Source: Eledone cirrhosa
Taxonomy: Eukaryota
Length of the DNA stretch: 64,000 bases
NCBI GenBank assembly: GCA_964016885.1
Contig: OZ024740.1
Span: 290,780,001 to 290,844,000, forward strand
Reading direction: 5' to 3'
Numbering within the stretch: position 1 is the stretch's first letter; every line of letters starts with the position of its first letter. Under the pieces are notes generated by a model. The model did not search any database. It was not told the DNA's origin and saw only the letters and a list, made by a program, of their open reading frames with translations. Shown here in pieces: positions 56,501-64,000 of the stretch. A program made the position numbers and the translations under genes.

Positions 56501-59500
56501 AATAAAAAACGGGGCCTCCCCATAAAAAACGGATCCCCCAAATAAACATATACCCATATAAAAAACGGACCCCACCGAAATAAAAAACGTATCCCCCCCA
56601 CAAATAAAAAACGGACCCCACCCAAATAAAAAACGGATTTCCCCCAAATAAATAACGGACCCCCTCCCAATTAAAAAACGGACCCCCAAATAAAAAACGG
56701 ATTCCCCCCAAATAAAATACGGGCCCCCCCACCCCAAATAAATAACGGAGCCCAAATAGAAAATGGATCCCCAAATAAAAAAACGACACCCAAATAAAAA
56801 ATGGATCCCCAAATAAAAAACGGACACCTATATAAAAAACGGACCCCCCCTTCCCCAATTAAAAACGGACCCCCCCTCCTTCCCCAATAAAAAACGGCCC
56901 CTCCAAATAAAAAACAGATCTCTAAATAAAAAACGGACACCCAAATAAAAAACGAATTCCCAAATAAAAAACGGATCCCCAAATAAAAAACGGACACCAA
57001 ATGAAATATGGACGCCCAGATATAACCCCCCCACACACACACACACACACACACACCAAATAAAAAACGGGACGCCCCAATGAAAAACGGATTCCCCCAA
57101 ATAAACGTATACCCATATAAAAAACGGACCCCCACTCAAATAAAAACGGATCCCCCCCACAAATAAAAAACGGACACCAAAATGAAAAACGGATTTCCCA
57201 CAAATAAATAACGGACCCCTCCAAAATAAAAAATGGACCCCCAAATAAAAAACGGATTCTCCCCAAATAAAAACTGGCACCCCAACCCAAATAAATAACG
57301 GAGCCCAAATAAAAATTGGTTCACAAAATAAAAAACGGACACCCAAATAAAAAACGGATACCCAAATAAAAAACGGATCCCCAAATAAAAAACGGAGCCC
57401 TCCAAATAAAAAACAGACACCCAAATAAAAAAATAGACCCCTAAATATAAAACGGAGACCCAAATAAAAAACGGACACCCAAATAAAAAACGGATCCGCC
57501 CAAATAAAAAACGGATCCCCCACAAAAAACGGACACCCAAATAAAAGAAGGATCCCCATATAAAAACGGACACCCCTAAAAAAAATATCAAAAACGGATT
57601 TCCAAATAAAAAACGGATCCCCCACCCCAAATAAAAAACGGATCGATGCCCAAGTAAAAAACGTGGCCTCCCCATAAAAAACGGATCCCCCAAATAAACA
57701 TATACCCATATAAAAAACGGAGCCCACCGAAATAAAAAACGGATCCCCCCCACAAATAAAAAACGGACACCCAAATAAAAAAACGGATTTCCCCCAAATA
57801 AATAACGGACCCCCTCCCAATTAAAAAACGGACCCCCAAATAAAAACGGATTCCCCCCAAATAAAAAACGGGCCCCCCACCCCAAATAAATAACGGAGCC
57901 CAAATAAAAATGGATCCCCAAATAAAAAACCGACACCCAAATAAAAATGGATCCCCAAATAAAAAACGGACACCCATATAAAAAACGGACACCCCCCCTT
58001 CCCCAATTAAAAACGGAACCCCCTCCTTCCCCAATAAAAAACGGCCCCCTCCAAATAAAAAACAGATCTCTAAATAAAAAACGGACACCCAAATAAAAAA
58101 CGAATTCCCAAATAAAAAACGGATCCCCAAATAAAAAACGGACACCAAATGAAAAATGGACGCCCAAATAAAACAACCCCCCCCCCCCCCCCACACACAC
58201 ACACACACACCAAATAAAAAACGGATCGCCAAATAAAAAACGGACCCCGCCCCAATTAAAAAACGGAACTCCCAAATAAAAACGGACAACCCCAAATAAA
58301 AAACGGATCCCCAAATAAAAAACGGATCCTCAAATAAAAACGGATCCCCAAATAAAAAACGGACCCCCAAATAAAAAACGGATTCCCCCAAATAAAAAAC
58401 GGATCCCCAAATTAAAAACGGACCCCCTCCCAAATAAAAAACAGATTCCCCCCAAATAAAAAACTGGCACCCCACCCCAAATAAATAACGGATCCCCAAA
58501 TAAAAAACGGACACCCAAATAAAAAACGGACCCTCCAAATAAAAAATGGACCCCCAAATAAAAAAAATTGACCCCTAAATAAAAAACGGAGACCCAAATC
58601 AGAAACGGACACCCAAATAAAAAACGGATCCCCCCAAATAAATACGGTTCCCCAAATAAAAAACGGACACCCAAATAAAAGAAGGATCCCCATATGAAAA
58701 AAGGACCGCCCACCAAAAAAATATCAACAACGGATTTCCAAATAAAAAACGGGTCCCCCACCCCAAGTAAAAAACGGATCGATGACCAAATAAAAAACGG
58801 GACGCCCCAATAAAAAACGGATTCCCCCAAATAAACGTATACCCATATAAAAAACGGACCCCACCCAAATAAAAACGTATCCCCCCCACAAATAAAAAAC
58901 GGACACCAAAATAAAAAACGGATTTCCGACAAATAAATAATGGACCCCTCCAAAATAAAAAATGGACCCCCAAATAAAAAACGGATTCTACCCAAATAAA
59001 AACTGGCACCCCAACCCAAATAAATAACGGAGCCCAAATAAAAATTGGATCACCAAATAAAAAACGGACACCCAAATAAAAAACGGATCCCCCCAAATAA
59101 AAAACGGATCCCCCCCAAAAAAACGGACACCCAAATAAAAGAAGGATCCCCATATAAAAACGGACACCCCTAAAAAAAATATCAAAAACGGATTTCCAAA
59201 TAAAAAACGGATCCCCCACCCCAAATAAAAAACGGATCGATGCCCAAATAAAAAACGGACACCAAATGAAAAATGGACGCCCAAATAAAACAACCCCCCC
59301 CCCCCACACACACACACACACACACACACACCAAATAAAAAACGGATCGCCAAATAAAAAACGGACCCCGCCCCAATTAAAAAACGGAACTCCCAAATAA
59401 AAACGGACAACCCCAAATAAAAAACGGATCCCCAAATAAAAAACGGATCCTCAAATAAAAACGGATCACCAAATAAAAAACGGACCCCCAAATAAAAAAC

Positions 59501-62500
59501 GGATTCCCCCAAATAAAAAACGGATCCCCAAATTAAAAACGGACCCCCTCCCAATTAAAAAACGGACACCAAATAAAAAACGGATTCCCCCCAAATAAAA
59601 TACGGGCCCCCCCACCCCAAATAAATAACGGAGCCCAAATAGAAAATGGATCCCCAAATAAAAAAACGACACCCAAATAAAAAATGGATCCCCAAATAAA
59701 AAACGGACACCTATATAAAAAACGGACCCCCCCTTCCCCAATTAAAAACGGACCCCCCCTCCTTCCCCAATAAAAAACGGCCCCTCCAAATAAAAAACAG
59801 ATCTCTAAATAAAAAACGGACACCCAAATAAAAAACGAATTCCCAAATAAAAAACGGATCCCCAAATAAAAAACGGACACCAAATGAAAAATGGACGCCC
59901 AGATATAACCCCCCCCCCCACACACACACACACACCAAATAAAAAACGGATCGCCAAATAAAAAACGGATTCCCCCAAATAAAAAACGGATCCCCAAATT
60001 AAAAACGGACCCCCTCCCAAATAAAAAACGGATTCCCCCCAAATAAAAAACTGGCACCCCACCCCAAATAAATAACGGAGCCCAAATAAAAATTGGATCC
60101 CCAAATAAAAAACGGACACCCAAATAAAAAACGGATCCCCAAATAAAAAACGGACACCCAAATAAAAAACGGACCCTCCAATTAAAAAATGGACCCCCAA
60201 ATAAAAAAAATTGACCCCTAAATAAAAAACGGATACCCAAATAAAAGAAGGATCCCCATATAAAGACGGACACCCCTAAAAAAAATATCAAAAACGGATT
60301 TCCAAATAAAAAACGGATCCCCCACCCCAAATAAAAAACGGATCGATGCCCAAATAAAAAACGGGGCCTCCCCATAAAAAACGGATCCCCCAAATAAACA
60401 TATACCCATATAAAAAACGGACCCCACCGAAATAAAAAACGGATCCCCCCCCACAAATATAAAACGGACACCCAAATAAAAAACGGATTTCCCCAAATAA
60501 ATAACGGACCCCCTCCCAATTAAAAAGCGGACCCCCAAATAAAAAACGGATTCCCCCCAAATAAAAAACGGGCCCGCCACCCCAAATAAATAAAGGAGCC
60601 CAAATAAAAAATAGATCCCCAAATAAAAAACGGACACCCAAATAAAAACGGATCCCCAAATAAAAAACGGACACCCATATAAAAAACGGACCCTCCCTTC
60701 CCCAATTAAAAACGGACCCCCCTCCTTCCCCAATAAAAAACGGCCCCCTCCAAATAAAAAACAGATCCCTAAATAAAAAACGGACACCCAAATAAAAAAC
60801 GAATTCCCAAATAAAAAACGGATCCCCAATTAAAAAACGGACACCCAAATGAAAAATGGACGCCCAAATAAAACAAGCCCCCCCCCCCCACACACACACA
60901 CACGCACACCAAATAAAAAACGAATCGCCAAATAAAAAAGGGACCCCGCCCCAATTAAAAAACGGACCCCCTCCCGAATAAAAAACGGATTCCCCCCAAA
61001 TAAAAAATTGGCACCCCACCCCAAATAAATAACGGAGCACAAATAAAAATTGGATCCCCAAATAAAAAACGGACACCCAAATAAAAAACGGATCCCCAAA
61101 TAAAAAACGGACACCCAAATAAAAAACGGACCCTCCAAATAAAAAATGTACCCCAAATTAAAAAAATTGACCCCTAAATAAAAAACGGAGACCCAAATAA
61201 AAAACGGACACCCAAATAATAAAACGGATCCCCCCAAATAAATACGTATCCCCAAATAAAAAACGGACACCCAAATAAAAGAAGGATCCCCATATAAAAA
61301 AAGGACCGCCCACCAAAAAATATCAAAAACGGATTTCCAAATAAAAAACGGATCCCCCACCCCAAATAAAAAACGGATCGATGACCAAATAAAAAACGGG
61401 ACGCCCCAATAAAAAACGGATTCCCCCAAATAAACGTATACCCATATAAAAAACGGACCCCCACCCAAATAAAAACGGATCCCCCCCCCACAAATAAAAA
61501 ACGGACACCAAAATAAAAAACGGATTTCCCACAAATAAATAACGGACCCCTCCAAAATAAAAAATGGACCCCCAAATAAAAAACGGATTCTCCCCAAATA
61601 AAAACTGGCACCCCAACCCAAATAAATAACGGAGCCCAAATAAAAATTGGATCACCAAATAAAAAACGGACACCCAAATAAAAATCGGATACCCAAATAA
61701 AAAACGGATCGATGCCCAAATAAAAAACGGACACCAAATGAAAAATGGACGCCCAAATAAAACAACCCCCCCCCCCCCACACACACACACACACCAAATA
61801 AAAAACGGATCGCCAAATAAAAAACGGACCCCGCCCCAATTAAAAAACGGAACTCCCAAATAAAAACGGACAACCCCAAATAAAAAACGGATCCCCAAAT
61901 AAAAAACGGATCCTCAAATAAAAACGGATCCCCAAATAAAAAACGGACCCCCAAATAGAAAACGGATTCCCCCAAATAAAAAACGGATCCCCAAATTAAA
62001 AACGGACCCCCTCCCAAATAAAAAACGGATTCCCCCCAAATAAAAAACTGGCACCCCACCCCAAATAAATAACGGAGCCCAAATAAAAATTGGATCCCCA
62101 AATAAAAAACGGACACCCAAATAAAAAACGGATCCCCAAATAAAAAACGGACACCCAAATAAAAAACGGACCCTCCAAATAAAAAATGGGCCCCCAAATT
62201 AAAAAAATTGACCCCTAAATAAAAAACGGAGACCCAAATAAAAAACGGAGACCTAAATAAAAACGGACACCCAAATAAAAAACGGATCCCCCCAAATAGA
62301 AAACGGATCCCCCCCAAAAAAACGGACACCCAAATAAAAGAAGGATCCCCATATAAAGACGGACACCCCTAAAAAAAATATCAAAAACGGATTTCCAAAT
62401 AAAAAACGGATCCCCCACCCCAAATAAAAAACGGATCGATGCCCAAATAAAAAACGGGGCCTCCCCATAAAAAACGGATCCCCCAAATAAACATATACCC

Positions 62501-64000
62501 ATATAAAAAACGGACCCCACCGAAATAAAAAACGTATCCCCCCCACAAATAAAAAACGGACCCCACCCAAATAAAAAACGGATTTCCCCCAAATAAATAA
62601 CGGACCCCCTCCCAATTAAAAAACGGACCCCCAAATAAAAAACGGATTCCCCCCAAATAAAATACGGGCCCCCCCACCCCAAATAAATAACGGAGCCCAA
62701 ATAGAAAATGGATCCCCAAATAAAAAAACGACACCCAAATAAAAAATGGATCCCCAAATAAAAAACGGACACCTATATAAAAAACGGACCCCCCCTTCCC
62801 CAATTAAAAACGGACCCCCCCTCCTTCCCCAATAAAAAACGGCCCCTCCAAATAAAAAACAGATCTCTAAATAAAAAACGGACACCCAAATAAAAAACGA
62901 ATTCCCAAATAAAAAACGGATCCCCAAATAAAAAACGGACACCAAATGAAATATGGACGCCCAGATATAACCCCCCCCACACACACACACACACACACAC
63001 CAAATAAAAAACGGGACGCCCCAATGAAAAACGGATTCCCCCAAATAAACGTATACCCATATAAAAAACGGACCCCCACTCAAATAAAAACGGATCCCCC
63101 CCACAAATAAAAAACGGACACCAAAATGAAAAACGGATTTCCCACAAATAAATAACGGACCCCTCCAAAATAAAAAATGGACCCCCAAATAAAAAACGGA
63201 TTCTCCCCAAATAAAAACTGGCACCCCAACCCAAATAAATAACGGAGCCCAAATAAAAATTGGTTCACAAAATAAAAAACGGACACCCAAATAAAAAACG
63301 GATACCCAAATAAAAAACGGATCCCCAAATAAAAAACGGAGCCCTCCAAATAAAAAACAGACACCCAAATAAAAAAATAGACCCCTAAATATAAAACGGA
63401 GACCCAAATAAAAAACGGACACCCAAATAAAAAACGGATCCGCCCAAATAAAAAACGGATCCCCCACAAAAAACGGACACCCAAATAAAAGAAGGATCCC
63501 CATATAAAAACGGACACCCCTAAAAAAAATATCAAAAACGGATTTCCAAATAAAAAACGGATCCCCCACCCCAAATAAAAAACGGATCGATGCCCAAGTA
63601 AAAAACGTGGCCTCCCCATAAAAAACGGATCCCCCAAATAAACATATACCCATATAAAAAACGGAGCCCACCGAAATAAAAAACGGATCCCCCCCACAAA
63701 TAAAAAACGGACACCCAAATAAAAAACGGATTTCCCCCAAATAAATAACGGACCCCCTCCCAATTAAAAAACGGACCCCCAAATAAAAACGGATTCCCCC
63801 CAAATAAAAAACGGGCCCCCCACCCCAAATAAATAACGGAGCCCAAATAAAAATGGATCCCCAAATAAAAAACCGACACCCAAATAAAAATGGATCCCCA
63901 AATAAAAAACGGACACCCATATAAAAAACGGACACCCCCCCTTCCCCAATTAAAAACGGAACCCCCTCCTTCCCCAATAAAAAACGGCCCCCTCCAAATA
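53590..64000 (+). repeat. ~5.95-kb near-perfect tandem duplication (copy 1 ~53590-59540; copy 2 from ~59540 to the window end, incomplete)
   Basis: Identical or near-identical ORFs offset by 5950-5943: 54049/59999, 54268/60218, 55969/61914, 56270/62215 and 57821/63764. Confidence 0.93.
59305..59330 (+). repeat. (CA)13 microsatellite, the longest copy noticed
   Basis: Direct read: a poly-C run followed by 13 CA units, then CCAAATAAAAAACGGATCGCC. Confidence 0.9.

Larger units (their letters stand above)
1..64000 (+). repeat. Tandem satellite array, ~19-bp monomer AAATAAAAAACGGATCCCC (minus strand GGGGATCCGTTTTTTATTT), running off both window ends
   Basis: The AAATAAAAAACGG core recurs every ~18-27 bp from the first to the last line, always in the same orientation. 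The commonest tails are ATCCCC, ACACCC and ACCCCC. No unique sequence is visible. Confidence 0.99.

Noticed and set aside
244-63977. Hundreds of overlapping minus-strand ORFs rich in F/G/W/I (for example 1999..4119, 706 aa; 28348..30222, 624 aa; 44689..46419, 576 aa)
   Set aside because: The minus-strand monomer has no stop codon, and 19 is not divisible by 3, so all three frames yield the same cyclic peptide (LGIRFLFGDPFFIWGSVFY). Homopolymer indels shift frames freely between copies, and most starts are alternative codons. There is no sign of coding constraint.
1-64000. CRISPR-like constant-repeat/variable-spacer appearance
   Set aside because: The constant part is only ~13 bp, and the variable parts are 6-14 bp, C-rich, mutually related and reused hundreds of times. 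There is no leader and no cas gene.
1-64000. ACGGAT hexamer shared with Candida/Kluyveromyces telomeric repeats
   Set aside because: It is only 6 bp, it lies on the C-rich strand here rather than the G-rich strand, and the rest of the monomer does not match.
1-64000. Antigenic-variation cassette, diversity-generating or scrambled-gene system
   Set aside because: No expression locus, recombinase, reverse transcriptase or any unique sequence is present. Ordinary satellite duplication, deletion and slippage explain the variation.

Overview
The whole 64-kb window is one uninterrupted, head-to-tail satellite DNA array, most likely eukaryotic heterochromatin. The basic monomer is ~19 bp (+ strand consensus AAATAAAAAACGGATCCCC): a near-constant AAATAAAAAACGG core followed by a variable C-rich tail. 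I find no credible protein-coding gene, RNA gene, transposon or CRISPR array. The hundreds of minus-strand ORFs arise because the reverse complement of the monomer has no stop codon. The real structure is higher-order. A reused vocabulary of variant monomers is strung into fixed-order modules, and these are shuffled and re-duplicated at many scales (about 60 bp, 98 bp, 575 bp, 744 bp, 790 bp, 1.3 kb, 2.3 kb, 2.9 kb, 3.0-3.7 kb, 3.6 kb and 5.95 kb). The array divides into about four domains with their own diagnostic variants, with the sharpest switch near 49.7 kb. All boundaries were placed by eye and from offsets between identical ORFs in the supplied track, so they are approximate. Host organism and function (centromeric, subtelomeric or other) cannot be determined from this window, and I cannot support a claim of a new gene system.
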